Of a stretch of DNA of 51,683 nt, positions 33,090 through 42,979 are shown one piece after another. The translations under genes were made by a program, and so were the position numbers. Source of the DNA: Eubacteriales bacterium (GTDB lineage Bacteria > Bacillota > Clostridia > Oscillospirales > CAG-272). A model generated the notes under the pieces. The model was not told the origin of the DNA and did no database searches. It saw only the letters and a program-made list of their open reading frames with translations. The stretch's first letter is position 1; the number at the start of each line of letters is the position of its first letter. Where the stretch lies: positions 1 to 51,683 of the forward strand of contig JAZNFP010000005.1 in assembly GCA_045576095.1 (NCBI GenBank). Reading direction: 5' to 3'.

Positions 33090-33494
33090 TTATTTGGGCT
33101 CTCGGACGGTGTGCCCGCCGCAATGCCCGGAGAACATATCGGTCATGTCGGCGTGCATCATGCCGTCACTTCCGTCTCGAAAGCCGATCGAAAGCAAAAG
33201 ACGTCTTTCGCCGGCATCTGGGGGGCAGATACATCGGTGCGCTCCGATGCGATCAATGAAGTCCATCGTTGCGCGTCCCATGATGAACATGGCTTCAAAA
33301 TCGTTGACGCCCGGGGCAGAAGCGATGTTCTTCAGAATTCCGTTGTCACGGGCAAAGTGAAACTGCGTCATTCCAAGGAAGCGATCGTCATCGTAGGCGC
33401 GGTAGGCAAGACATTCGGGAGCGTACTCAATATTGCAGATGCCGCAGAGCGTCGCCTGCTCCTCTTTGGATTGAATCGGAGTGATTTTTAACAT
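33090..33494 (-). CDS. Hypothetical 134-aa protein (possible GNAT-like fold), co-transcribed with rluB
   Basis: AAGGAG RBS. The start lies 10 nt after the rluB stop. His/Cys-rich C-terminus GHCGGH. No confident family assignment. Confidence 0.5.
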   Translation of the reverse strand: MLKITPIQSKEEQATLCGICNIEYAPECLAYRAYDDDRFLGMTQFHFARDNGILKNIASAPGVNDFEAMFIMGRATMDFIDRIGAHRCICPPDAGERRLLLSIGFRDGSDGMMHADMTDMFSGHCGGHTVREPK

Positions 33495-33503
33495 ACCGTC
33501 TCC

Positions 33504-34238
33504 TTATTTGCGGTTCATTCCGCTTGCTTTCTTGATATACCGAATCTCCTCGTCGGTAAGAGCTCGCCATTTTCCGACAGCAAGACCGTTTAAGCGAAGC
33601 TTTCCGATACCGACGCGGTTCAAACGCTTGACGGTTAGCCCTGCCTCCTCGCACATTTTGCGAATCTGGCGGTTACGGCCTTCGAAAAGCTCCATCGAGA
33701 GGGTTGTTCCGTTTTCGTTGGTATGATGGACGGAAACGGTCACGGGCTCAATCTGATAGCCGTCGATAACAAGCTCGGATCGAAGAAGCTCAAGCTGCTC
33801 CTCCGAAACGGCCCCGGCTACCTTTACGCGATAGATTTTCGGGATCGAGTGCTTCGGATGCGTGAGTCGATTTGCGAGATCACCGTCGTCGGTCAGAAGT
33901 AAAAGCCCCTCGGAGATAAGATCAAGCCGTCCGATCGGATAAACGCGGGTCTTGATACCGGAGAGAAGATCGGTTACGCATTTTCGACCCTGCGGATCGC
34001 TCATCGAGGTAATATATCCGCGCGGCTTGTTGAGCATAATATACGTATGCTCACGTTTCTTCTGAACGACGGGAGCACCGCGATAGGTGACGATATCCCT
34101 CGCAGGGTCAAGCGAGTCGCCGATATGGGCGGGATGACCGTTTAAGGAGACCTCGCCGTTTTTAATCGCCGCCTCTGCTGCGCGTCTTGACATCAGTCCA
34201 CAGTCTGAAAAATATTTCTGAATTCGAATCTTTTGCAT
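33504..34238 (-). CDS. rluB: 23S rRNA pseudouridine synthase, RsuA/RluB family
   Basis: N-terminal S4 domain (RIQKYFSDCGLMSRRAAE) and the catalytic GRLDLISEGLLLLTDDG motif. Confidence 0.9.
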   Translation of the reverse strand: MQKIRIQKYFSDCGLMSRRAAEAAIKNGEVSLNGHPAHIGDSLDPARDIVTYRGAPVVQKKREHTYIMLNKPRGYITSMSDPQGRKCVTDLLSGIKTRVYPIGRLDLISEGLLLLTDDGDLANRLTHPKHSIPKIYRVKVAGAVSEEQLELLRSELVIDGYQIEPVTVSVHHTNENGTTLSMELFEGRNRQIRKMCEEAGLTVKRLNRVGIGKLRLNGLAVGKWRALTDEEIRYIKKASGMNRK

Positions 34239-34278
34239 GAGAGAGTCCTTTATCTACGGTTAGTACAAGTATTTGGTT

Positions 34279-35382
34279 TCAGCGGTTTTTCGGGGAGTCG
34301 GCAGCTTGCTCCGCAATCAGCGAGACCTCGAAGAGAATCTTTCCGTTCCTCTCGTAGGCGAGAGAGCCCAAGACGGCTCCCGATCTGATCGGTGCAACGG
34401 CAAAGTGCGAGAGACGGATGCAAGGCTCGGGCGCTTCGGCTCCCTTTTGAAGGATCAGAACGACGTCCTCCGCATTCGTGCATACGATCGAGTCGCGCTC
34501 CGCACCGATCACAGGGATCTCATAATGGAGCGATCCCTTCGGTGCAACCACTCGTTTTTCAAGGCTTTCGAGACCGTAAGCAAAAAGTCGCTTATGATCT
34601 TCCCAATCGTTCGGAGCAGAAAGGGTTACGCTGATAAGCGAAAGTCCGTCCTTTTCGAACGCCCCGACAAGGCAACGGCCGCTCGCCTTGGTAAATCCTG
34701 TTTTGAGCCCGATCGCACCCTCGCAAAGTCGGAGAAGCTTGTTATGGTTGACGATCGTTCTTGCGGGAGACAGGTTGGTTTCTGGGATCGTATGACGAAC
34801 GGTCGAGGCAATCTGACGAACCGTCGGATCGTCGAGCGCCTCCGCCGAGATGAGCGCGAGCTCTCTTGCGGTGGTGTAGTGCATCTCGTCGTGCAACCCG
34901 TGCGGATTTGTAAAGTGGGTGCTTACAAGAGAAAGGCTTGTCGCGGTCTCGTTCATTTCGGAAACGAACGCTTCGACGCTTCCCGAGATATGAATCGCAA
35001 TGGCAACGGCGGCATCATTTGCGCTTTGCAGTAAAAGCCCATACAGAAGCTCGCGGAGCGCGATTTGCTCGCCCTCCATTAAATAGAGGGACGATCCCTC
35101 AACACCGACCGCCTCACGGGGCACGGTAACCGTTTCGTCAAGATTTGCGGCAAGTCGTACGGCAACGAGGGCAGTCATGATTTTCGTGGTACTCGCCATC
35201 GGACGGCGCGTGTCGGCATCTTTGGTAAAAACGAAGCTTTCAGAGCCTCTTTCGTAAAGCACCGAGGAAGCTGCCGAAAGCGACGGTGCCGCCGGCGCAC
35301 CTGCCGATACAGCATCGGCTTGGAAAAGCCGACCGACACTAAAAAGAAGAAGAATTGAGGCAATCATGGATAAAGAACGCAA
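34279..35382 (-). CDS. dacB: D-alanyl-D-alanine carboxypeptidase (serine-type, PBP5/DacB-DacF-like)
   Basis: SxxK (STTK), SxN (SAN) and KTG motifs, plus a signal/anchor sequence. TTG start with GGAGG 8 nt upstream. Confidence 0.85.
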   Translation of the reverse strand: MRSLSMIASILLLFSVGRLFQADAVSAGAPAAPSLSAASSVLYERGSESFVFTKDADTRRPMASTTKIMTALVAVRLAANLDETVTVPREAVGVEGSSLYLMEGEQIALRELLYGLLLQSANDAAVAIAIHISGSVEAFVSEMNETATSLSLVSTHFTNPHGLHDEMHYTTARELALISAEALDDPTVRQIASTVRHTIPETNLSPARTIVNHNKLLRLCEGAIGLKTGFTKASGRCLVGAFEKDGLSLISVTLSAPNDWEDHKRLFAYGLESLEKRVVAPKGSLHYEIPVIGAERDSIVCTNAEDVVLILQKGAEAPEPCIRLSHFAVAPIRSGAVLGSLAYERNGKILFEVSLIAEQAADSPKNR

Positions 35383-35436
35383 AATATGCGCCTCCTTTTT
35401 TAGGATTGCCTCTATTGTTTGCGCTGACTCGGCGCT

Positions 35437-35937
35437 TTATTCGGCGTCAAGCTCCTCGGCATCCTCTGCTGACTCAAGGATCTCATCGCCGTCAGATTCG
35501 TTTTCCTTCTTTTTCTTTGAAAAAACCGATTTTGCCTTCTCAAGAATTTCGGGAGAGCGCTCGATCAGTGATGCAATGCGGTCAACCGAGGAGGAAGCGG
35601 CGGCAGGCGATGGCGTCAGGGGAATCAGCTCCACCTTGCCGTCGGGAGAAACGATCAGAAAGGCGATCGGAGACATGGAGATTCCGGCACCACCGCCACC
35701 TCCGAAATGAGGATCTCCCTCGGAATACTCCTTCGCACCGTCCTTGGAGCGGCGCTTGCCGCTATAGTCGAGACCGCCGTTTACAACCCCGACCGATATT
35801 CTGGAGACGGGAAGGATGGTCGTTCCGTCGGGCGTTGTGATCGGTTTTCCTACGACGGTATCCGATTCGGCAAGATCCTTGATCTTCCGAAGCGATGCTT
35901 CAATAAGGTCGCTGAGCTTGCTTTTCACTTCTGACAT
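35437..35937 (-). CDS. ytfJ: Sporulation protein YtfJ (GerW family)
   Basis: VVGKPITTPDGTTILPVSRIS...GGGGGAGISMSPIAFLIV. Acidic C-terminal tail. Confidence 0.85.
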   Translation of the reverse strand: MSEVKSKLSDLIEASLRKIKDLAESDTVVGKPITTPDGTTILPVSRISVGVVNGGLDYSGKRRSKDGAKEYSEGDPHFGGGGGAGISMSPIAFLIVSPDGKVELIPLTPSPAAASSSVDRIASLIERSPEILEKAKSVFSKKKKENESDGDEILESAEDAEELDAE

Positions 35938-36572
35938 GGGATCGTTCCTTTCTTTGTATGGTGATGATTTTTATTCTTTCTTTTGCGCCTTAGGAAATGG
36001 GGAAGAAGGACCTTCGCTCCAAGCGAAAGAAGTCGGAGAAGCGTGGTGCTTAGAGTAACGTCGAGGCTTGTTTCGGTTTCCTCTCCTTCAAAATCCGCTT
36101 TCACCGTTATGCATCCGGCACGAATGGGACGGATCGCAAACAAATGACGGTCAAGCCATTCGAGCAGAAAAGAGAGGGAGGAGGATACGGTGCCGTAGAG
36201 AAGCGCAGTCCTTGCGGGATCTCCGGTAGCCACGGAAACGTAAAGTCTTCGAATTTTCAGAGAAAAGGTTTGGGGCATGCGGATCAGTATTGCAGCAACG
36301 AGGGAACGAAGCTCGCGTAATTGCTGCAAGGAGCCGGTTGCTTTTTTTTTCGGTGCAGAGGACTCTGCTTTTGGCTCTGCCTTGCTTTTTCTAACGGATT
36401 TCTTCTTTTTTTTGCTTGGCGAATGGGGATATAAACGCTTTTGGATGAGTTTCATCAAGGAGATTTTAGCATGGATTTCGGAGTTGGTTGCCGTAATACG
36501 CAGGCGCACGGGCGCGCAAAGGAGCAAAAGAACGGCGAGCAGTATGCAGCCGAGCACGATCAAAGCAGTCAC
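35925..36572 (-). CDS. ytfI: DUF2953-family protein (YtfI-like), membrane-anchored
   Basis: GTG start with GGAGGTGA upstream, an N-terminal TM helix and a Lys-rich linker. Overlaps the ytfJ start, the usual ytfI-ytfJ pairing. Confidence 0.65.
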   Translation of the reverse strand: MTALIVLGCILLAVLLLLCAPVRLRITATNSEIHAKISLMKLIQKRLYPHSPSKKKKKSVRKSKAEPKAESSAPKKKATGSLQQLRELRSLVAAILIRMPQTFSLKIRRLYVSVATGDPARTALLYGTVSSSLSFLLEWLDRHLFAIRPIRAGCITVKADFEGEETETSLDVTLSTTLLRLLSLGAKVLLPHFLRRKRKNKNHHHTKKGTIPCQK

Positions 36573-36662
36573 AGCTTCACCTCCTTTTTTAGGCTACGCG
36601 AAAGAATCAGAGCTCGCTTGGCTCGGGTAGATCAAACGGAAGCTTCGGTGTCTCCTGAGGTG

Positions 36663-37439
36663 CTATACGTCGTCGGGAGCTGCTTGAGGGGGGACTTGCT
36701 CATTCGCCTCGCTCTGCATCATTGCGTCGTCAATGGTAATCTGATTGGTATCAAGCGCCGCTTCCGCAGCCTCGTTTTCGAGCTTCTCCTCAACTTTCCG
36801 AAACACCTGTTGAAGCTCCTCGTTGTCAAGTCCCGGAAGCTCCTCGACGGAATTCAGTCCAAAGCAACGGAGAAATGCCGTGCTTGTCCCGAAAAGGACG
36901 GGGCGGCCGGGTGCGTCAAGACGGCCCTTTGCCTCAATCAGTCCGCGTTCAACCAGGCTGGAGACGGCGTAGCTGCTATCGACACCGCGTACCGCGTCGA
37001 TATAGGCTCTCGTAACCGGCTGATGGTATGCCACGATGGCAAGCGTCTCCATGTTTGCGGCAGAGAGTGTTCCGTTTCTGCGAATACCAAGCGCCGCACG
37101 GATATAGGAAAGATACTTCGGCTTCGTACAGAGCTGGCATTCCTTGTCCATCGCCAAAAGAATGACACCTCGCGGAATTTTCGATTTGTTGTACCGCTCC
37201 GCATACTCCTTAACCATATTCCGAAGGATCGGCCCGCGGAGCTCAAAGGCCTTTGCGAGGGTTTCGTAGGATACGGGATGGCCTGCGGCGAAAAGAATCG
37301 CCTCAATCGCCTCTTCGTAGCTATCGGGCTCCTGCGGCTGCTCTCTCGTATCCTTGACCTGCATTGGGTCGAGAGCTTCTGTCTCCGCTTCAATCGGATT
37401 CTTTGGATTCGTTTGATTCTGTTGCTTCATGACTGTCAA
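36663..37439 (-). CDS. scpB: Segregation and condensation protein B
   Basis: AIEAILFAAGHPVSYETLA plus a second winged helix. The start codon is uncertain (the track start overlaps scpA by 50 nt; in-frame ATGs at 37430 and 37364). Has a C-terminal acidic extension. Confidence 0.85.
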   Translation of the reverse strand: MTVMKQQNQTNPKNPIEAETEALDPMQVKDTREQPQEPDSYEEAIEAILFAAGHPVSYETLAKAFELRGPILRNMVKEYAERYNKSKIPRGVILLAMDKECQLCTKPKYLSYIRAALGIRRNGTLSAANMETLAIVAYHQPVTRAYIDAVRGVDSSYAVSSLVERGLIEAKGRLDAPGRPVLFGTSTAFLRCFGLNSVEELPGLDNEELQQVFRKVEEKLENEAAEAALDTNQITIDDAMMQSEANEQVPPQAAPDDV

Positions 37440-38241
37440 ATTCGCTTTCGCTTGTTGGAATATCGTTGGGATTAAAGTTCGGATTGATCATAAAACGGAT
37501 TCGCAGGCCGCTGACGTCGGGGTGAGAAACGTATTCGTCGTCCTCCCCGGGCTCAATACCGGTTTTATCCTCGACGATCAGGATTCGCTGGATCTTCGTC
37601 AGCTCGAGAATACCCATGAATCGTGCTAACAGCTCCGGACGGGAGTCGGCATCCTTTAAAAGAAAGAAAAGGGAAGCGCTTTCCTGCATATCGAGGATAT
37701 CAAGAAGCTGCTCGATCTTTTCCTCAACCGAAACGACGTGCGGCTTGATCAATGGATTGATCAGCACCTCGGGCTCAAGCTCGGAGGATTTGAAGCGCGC
37801 CAGCAGAACGTTGAGTGCCTTCGTGAGAAGCGCCGTATCAAGCCCGAGGGGAAATCCCTTTTCGGGCGGAACGTCATCGTTATCCTTGGTTACCCGTCCC
37901 GAAAATTCGGCGTAGAGTGGGCGAAGCTCCTCGGCGGCCTGCTTTGCCTGTCGGTACAGAAGCAGGGCGTCCACGAGTTCCTTACGAGGGTCGTCCCTGC
38001 CGTCATCCTCGCGCGGGAGAAGCATGCGGCTTTTGATGAGCATCAGCTCGCTTGCCATCACAATAAACTCGCTGGCGATCTCGAGATCCATGCGCTGCGC
38101 TTCGGAGAGATACTCCATGTATTGATCGCAGATCATGGCAATCGGGATATCGGTGATCTCAACCTTGTTTTTGGAAATCAGCGAGAGGAGCAGATCGAGT
38201 GGTCCCTCGTATCGGTCAAGTCGGTAGGTCAGTTCATCCAT
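37390..38241 (-). CDS. scpA: Segregation and condensation protein A
   Basis: LDRYEGPLDLLLSLISKNKVEITDIPIA kleisin N-terminus. Confidence 0.9.
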   Translation of the reverse strand: MDELTYRLDRYEGPLDLLLSLISKNKVEITDIPIAMICDQYMEYLSEAQRMDLEIASEFIVMASELMLIKSRMLLPREDDGRDDPRKELVDALLLYRQAKQAAEELRPLYAEFSGRVTKDNDDVPPEKGFPLGLDTALLTKALNVLLARFKSSELEPEVLINPLIKPHVVSVEEKIEQLLDILDMQESASLFFLLKDADSRPELLARFMGILELTKIQRILIVEDKTGIEPGEDDEYVSHPDVSGLRIRFMINPNFNPNDIPTSESEFDSHEATESNESKESD

Positions 38242-38261
38242 AAAGCACCTGTTAAACGTCG

Positions 38262-39008
38262 TTATGTCAGAAACGGAATGAGCGTCCAGAATCGGATCAT
38301 CACCCCGGAGAGGGCTTCCGTTGCGCCGGAAATCCAGACTGTGGGGGCGAAAAGACTTGCAACGAGCGTAAGAGGACGCGAGGAGGCGATCGTGTCAATG
38401 CGCATCAAAAGAAGGAAAAATCGATCGCCGAGAATGAGCCATGCAAGGACGGCAAAGTAGATATAGCGTTCGTTGCGAGCAAACCAATGGTATGCACGCT
38501 CGGGGAGCGCGAGATAGAGCAGACGCGAACCGTCCAGCGGCGTGATCGGGAGCAGATTGAAGATCGAAAGGGAGAGATTCAGAACGTGAAAGAGGTTAAG
38601 GAATACGGTCAGATAATAGAGCAGGGTGAGCGCAAAGCCATGTGCCGGCAGCATTCGTGCCGCTTCACTGTAAATCTTCGCCGAAATCAAGAAGAGAAGG
38701 CAGGAGAAGAAGGAGAGCAGCAGATTGCTCAGGGGGCCCGCAATTGCGGTCAGCGCCATACCGCGTCTCGGATGCCGATAGTAGCTCGGATTGATCGGAA
38801 CGGGCTTTGCCCAACCGATTCCGAAAAGAAGCATGGCGATAGCGCCGATGGGATCAATGTGGCGCAAGGGATTTAGGTTGAGTCTGCCGTAATATGCGGG
38901 GGTGGGATCTCCAAGACGTGTGGAAACGAAGGCGTGTGAATATTCGTGAACGGTAAGCGCGATGAGCACGGCAGCCGCCGTCAGAAGCAGATAGGATGGT
39001 TCGTTCAA
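38262..39008 (-). CDS. Site-2 protease family (M50) membrane metalloprotease
   Basis: HEYSHAF zinc motif in a TM helix. Start reassigned to the TTG at 39008 (GAGGA 8 nt upstream, just after the engB stop). The track start at 39128 would overlap engB by 98 nt. Confidence 0.75.
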   Translation of the reverse strand: MNEPSYLLLTAAAVLIALTVHEYSHAFVSTRLGDPTPAYYGRLNLNPLRHIDPIGAIAMLLFGIGWAKPVPINPSYYRHPRRGMALTAIAGPLSNLLLSFFSCLLFLISAKIYSEAARMLPAHGFALTLLYYLTVFLNLFHVLNLSLSIFNLLPITPLDGSRLLYLALPERAYHWFARNERYIYFAVLAWLILGDRFFLLLMRIDTIASSRPLTLVASLFAPTVWISGATEALSGVMIRFWTLIPFLT

Positions 39009-39030
39009 TCTTTTTTCCTCACAGCAAAGT

Positions 39031-39627
39031 TTAAAGAACGGCGTTGAGCGTATTCCAAAGAGCCTGCACGCCTTCTTTTGTGACCGATGAAAAGAGAATC
39101 GGCTCATAACCCGATGATGAGAGCGCAAGCGCGGTAAGCGTCTCGGTTGCAGCGGCGCGTTCGGTTTTGTTCAGCTTGTCAATTTTGGTAGCGACGATGC
39201 GGAACGGCACGCCGGACTCACGCATCCAATCAATCATCATAAGATCGTCCTCGGTCGGGCCGATCCGTGCATCAACGAGCTGTAGCACGAGACGCAGCAG
39301 GTCGCGATTGGGGTTCCTTGTGAAGTATCCGTCGGTTAAGGATGACCAAACGCGCTTCGAGTCGTTTGAGCGCTTTGCATAGCCGTATCCCGGAAGGTCT
39401 ACGAGAAACAGCCTGTCGTCAACAGAGTAAAAATTGATGGTGACGGTCTTGCCCGGCGTTCCGCTGACTCTTGCAAGCGATTTCCGTCCGAGCAGAGCGT
39501 TGATCAGGGAGCTTTTTCCGACGTTGGATCGACCGGAAAACGCAATTTGGGGAATCGGTGCGCGCGGAAACTGCGAGATGAATCCCGCACTCATAACGAG
39601 CGATACCTTGGAAAGATTCAGCTTCAT
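39031..39627 (-). CDS. engB: Ribosome biogenesis GTPase YsxC/EngB
   Basis: GRSNVGKSSLINALLG, DLPGYG, TKIDK motifs; ATGA overlap with lon. Confidence 0.93.
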   Translation of the reverse strand: MKLNLSKVSLVMSAGFISQFPRAPIPQIAFSGRSNVGKSSLINALLGRKSLARVSGTPGKTVTINFYSVDDRLFLVDLPGYGYAKRSNDSKRVWSSLTDGYFTRNPNRDLLRLVLQLVDARIGPTEDDLMMIDWMRESGVPFRIVATKIDKLNKTERAAATETLTALALSSSGYEPILFSSVTKEGVQALWNTLNAVL

Positions 39628-42056
39628 ACCGGCAGCTCCTCACAGATGGCAACGCCGCTTGGAATATCAACAATGGTGTCGGAGGTACCGAGAAAGCCCT
39701 TTGACGGCTCGCATACGGGAAGCTCACTTTCCGTAAGAGCGACGGCAAGCACCTCGTCAAGCGTTTTACAGGGGATAAATTCAATACGCTCCTTGACCTT
39801 GGCGTCCACCTCGTCAAGATCGTCAAGATTACCGTAGGGAATGATCACTCGACGAATCCCGGATCTTGCTGCGGCAAGTGTTTTTTCGCGCAATCCGCCG
39901 ATTGGAAGCACCTTGCCGTGCAGAGTGATTTCTCCCGTCATGGCAACGTCGCGGCAGACCGCACGTCCTGAAAGCGCGCTGATCAGCGCAACCGTCATTG
40001 CAACGCCGGCGGAGGGACCGTCCTTCGGAACGGCACCTTCGGGAAAATGAACGTGAAGATCGTTCTCCTTGTAGAAAAGAGGGGCGATGCCGTAGCGGTC
40101 GGCGACCGAGCGAACGTAGCTGACGGCAAGCTTGCCGGATTCCTTCATGACGTCTCCGAGCGAGCCGCTCAGCTCAAGCTTGCCGCTTCCCACAAGAGAC
40201 AGCGCTTCCACCTTCAAAAGATCACCGCCGCTTTGAGTGTACGCGAGTCCGTTCACAATTCCGACCGCATTGCGGTCCTCGGGAAGCTCGTCTCGATGCT
40301 TGATTTTTCCAAGGTAGGCGCGCAGATTGCGCGGCGTGATCGTGACGCTCTTTTTGTCGTCCGATTCCGCAAGCTCGCGCGCGGCTTTCCGGCATAGCGC
40401 ACCGATCGTTCTTTCAAGATTTCGCACGCCCGCTTCGGTTGTGTATTTTCGGATGATTTCAAGGATCGTTTCGTCGTTTATCCGCAGCATTTTGCGGGTA
40501 AGACCGTGTCGGCGAAGCTGCTTTGCAAGGAGATGGTTTTTTGCAATGGAGAGCTTCTCCCCCTCCGAATAGGTAGAAAGCTCAATGACCTCCATTCGAT
40601 CGAGAAGGGGATGGGGAATACCTGCATATTCGTTTGCCGTTGCGATAAAGAGGCAGTCGGAGAGATCGATCGGCATCTCCACGAAATGATCGCGGAATCT
40701 GCAGTTCTGCTCGGGATCAAGGACCTCGAGCAAGGCAGAGGAGGGATCTCCGTGTGCATCGCGCGTAAGCTTGTCGATTTCGTCAAGAACGATCACGGGA
40801 TTTTTAACTCCTGCCGATGAAAGAGCCTCAATGATACGGCCCGGCATTGCCCCGACATAAGTCTTTCGATGTCCGCGGATGTCAGCCTCGTCTCTCACAC
40901 CGCCAAGGGAAACTCGAACGAACTTCCGATGCAGAGCACGCGCAACCGAGGCGGCAACCGAGGTTTTTCCGACGCCCGGAGGGCCGACGAGACAGAGGAT
41001 CTGATTTTTAAGCTCGGGAGTCAGCTGACGGACGGCGATATATTCCAGGATGCGCTCCTTCACCTTTTCGAGTCCGTCGTGGTCGGCATCGAGAATGCGC
41101 CGGGCATCCTTGACGCTGAGCTGCTCCTTCGAGGTCTTGGACCACGGAATTTCAAGACAGGTGTCGAGATAGTTGCGGAGAACCGTACTCTCGGATGCGC
41201 CAAAGGGTGTTTTGGCAAGCCGGCCAAGCTCCTTCATCAGCTTTTCTTCGACGTGAGCGGGCAGCTTGGCAGAAGAGATCCGCTCGGCGTATTCCTCGAT
41301 TTCGTCAGAATCCTCGCCAAGCTCCTGCTGAATAGCCTTGATCTGCTCGCGCAGGAAATAATCGCGCTGATGCTCGTCTATCTTGGCACGTACCTTTTTA
41401 TGAATATTGAATTCGGTGGTCAGAATTTCGCTTTCTTCAGCGAGAGCAACGAGAAGCCTCTCCAGACGGGGAAGCGGCGAAAGCGCTTCCAGGATTGATT
41501 GCTTATTATGATACTCCATCAAAAACGCGGACGCGACGAAATCGGCGAAGGTTGACGGATTCTGAATCGACTCGGCTGCGCGGCGCGCATCCTCGGAAAA
41601 GCCGGGATTGACCTCCTTGAGCGAATCGACCGTTACAAGGATCTGATGCATGAGTGCCGCAGCCCTTTCGGTCGGGTTCGGGGAGGTGAGGATGTTTTTG
41701 GATATCACAGACGCCTTGAGATAGCCGTCGCCGTCGTAGACAGATTCGGTGACGGCACGTGTCAGTCCCTCGAAAATTACCGAAAGGTTGCCGTCGGGGT
41801 TTTTGACAACCTGACGGATTCGGGCGATGGTTCCCGTACGGTAAAGATCCTTTGCCTGGGGCTTTTCAATGCTTGCATCCTTTTGTGCAACGAGGAAAAC
41901 GCGAGACTCTCCTGCGGCTGCCGCAGCCCCAAAGGCTTTCAGAGAGATGCCGCGGATGACCTCGATATTCAGTTGTACCTGAGGAAAGCAGACTGCGCCG
42001 CGAAGGGGGATAACGGGGAGGACCAGCGCCTCTGCCTTTTCAATGTAGTTTGACAT
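39624..42056 (-). CDS. lon: ATP-dependent Lon protease (LonA)
   Basis: LON N-domain, Walker A GPPGVGKTS, and proteolytic Ser in PKDGPSAG. Confidence 0.96.
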   Translation of the reverse strand: MSNYIEKAEALVLPVIPLRGAVCFPQVQLNIEVIRGISLKAFGAAAAAGESRVFLVAQKDASIEKPQAKDLYRTGTIARIRQVVKNPDGNLSVIFEGLTRAVTESVYDGDGYLKASVISKNILTSPNPTERAAALMHQILVTVDSLKEVNPGFSEDARRAAESIQNPSTFADFVASAFLMEYHNKQSILEALSPLPRLERLLVALAEESEILTTEFNIHKKVRAKIDEHQRDYFLREQIKAIQQELGEDSDEIEEYAERISSAKLPAHVEEKLMKELGRLAKTPFGASESTVLRNYLDTCLEIPWSKTSKEQLSVKDARRILDADHDGLEKVKERILEYIAVRQLTPELKNQILCLVGPPGVGKTSVAASVARALHRKFVRVSLGGVRDEADIRGHRKTYVGAMPGRIIEALSSAGVKNPVIVLDEIDKLTRDAHGDPSSALLEVLDPEQNCRFRDHFVEMPIDLSDCLFIATANEYAGIPHPLLDRMEVIELSTYSEGEKLSIAKNHLLAKQLRRHGLTRKMLRINDETILEIIRKYTTEAGVRNLERTIGALCRKAARELAESDDKKSVTITPRNLRAYLGKIKHRDELPEDRNAVGIVNGLAYTQSGGDLLKVEALSLVGSGKLELSGSLGDVMKESGKLAVSYVRSVADRYGIAPLFYKENDLHVHFPEGAVPKDGPSAGVAMTVALISALSGRAVCRDVAMTGEITLHGKVLPIGGLREKTLAAARSGIRRVIIPYGNLDDLDEVDAKVKERIEFIPCKTLDEVLAVALTESELPVCEPSKGFLGTSDTIVDIPSGVAICEELPV

Positions 42057-42198
42057 AAACGGTTCCTTTGCGTGTTTTCTGGTTAAACTATGTGCTATAA
42101 AAGCTATTATAACACAAAGCGTCCGAAATTTCCATACCTAAATGAAAAATATTATTGAAAATTGCAATTCAAAAAAATCCAAAAATTTTAAAAATCTA

Positions 42199-42227
42199 TT
42201 GACAAATCACAATCGCTGTGATACAAT
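42199..42227 (+). promoter_or_regulatory. Promoter of the infC-rpmI-rplT operon
   Basis: TTGACA (42199-42204), 17-nt spacer, TACAAT (42222-42227). Confidence 0.65.
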
Positions 42228-42233
42228 ATCAGT

Positions 42234-42381
42234 GTTCGCGGTTCTTCCGCGCCACAACAAGCAGACGCCGTTCTCGCCATACCACGTATCGTGCGTATGG
42301 TTCATACTTGAATCCTTTGCGATTTTTCTGTATGTGTACGGTGTTTGCTGTATGCATTTTTTTGTTTTGGAGGGTACTGTT
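42234..42381 (+). promoter_or_regulatory. Structured 5' leader of infC-rpmI-rplT (candidate L20-responsive leader)
   Basis: ~150-nt untranslated leader with the hairpin ccatac-cacg-tat-cgtg-c-gtatgg and a T7 run (gcatttttttg) just before the SD. The position equals the Firmicute L20 leader. The structure was not rigorously folded. Confidence 0.45.
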
Positions 42382-42903
42382 ATTAGCACCAAGGATTTGC
42401 TGATCAATGAAGAGATCCGCGCCAAGGAGGTTCGCGTGATCGGCGTCAACCAAGAGCAGCTTGGCATTATGAGCGTAGATAAGGCAAGGGAGTATGCGTA
42501 CGGTAACGACGTTGACCTCGTTCTCATCGCTCCGAACGCCGAGCCCCCCGTTTGTCGCGCTATGGATTATGGGAAATACTGCTTTGAGCGTGATAAGCGC
42601 GAGAAGGAGGCTAAAAAGAAGCAGCAGATTGTGAAGGTTAAGGAGGTTCAGCTCTCTTGCCGCATTGATACGCACGATTTTGAAACCCGAGTCAATCAGG
42701 CAAAGAAATTTCTTGCCGGCGGCGATAAGGTTAAGGCGGTCATTCGCTTTAAGGGGAGAGAAATGGCGCATCAGGATATCGGACGCGAGGTGATTGAGAA
42801 GTTCCGGGACGCCTGCAGTGAGTTTGGTGCCTCGGATAAGGGGCCGATCCTCGACGGACGCTTCCTGTCCGTTTTAATCAGTCCGGCAAAGTCCGGTAAG
42901 TAA
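42382..42903 (+). CDS. infC: Translation initiation factor IF-3, with an ATT (AUU) start codon
   Basis: GGAGGG lies 7 nt upstream of ATT at 42382. ISTKDLLINEEIRAKEVRVIG is a typical IF-3 N-terminus. The track ORF from 42142 is an artefactual extension. Confidence 0.9.
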   Translation: MSTKDLLINEEIRAKEVRVIGVNQEQLGIMSVDKAREYAYGNDVDLVLIAPNAEPPVCRAMDYGKYCFERDKREKEAKKKQQIVKVKEVQLSCRIDTHDFETRVNQAKKFLAGGDKVKAVIRFKGREMAHQDIGREVIEKFRDACSEFGASDKGPILDGRFLSVLISPAKSGK

Positions 42904-42979
42904 TTTTGACTCATTCGATTCAATTTATTGAATTTGTATGATAGGCGAAAGCCGTAAACGAAACTGAAGGAGAAAAAAC

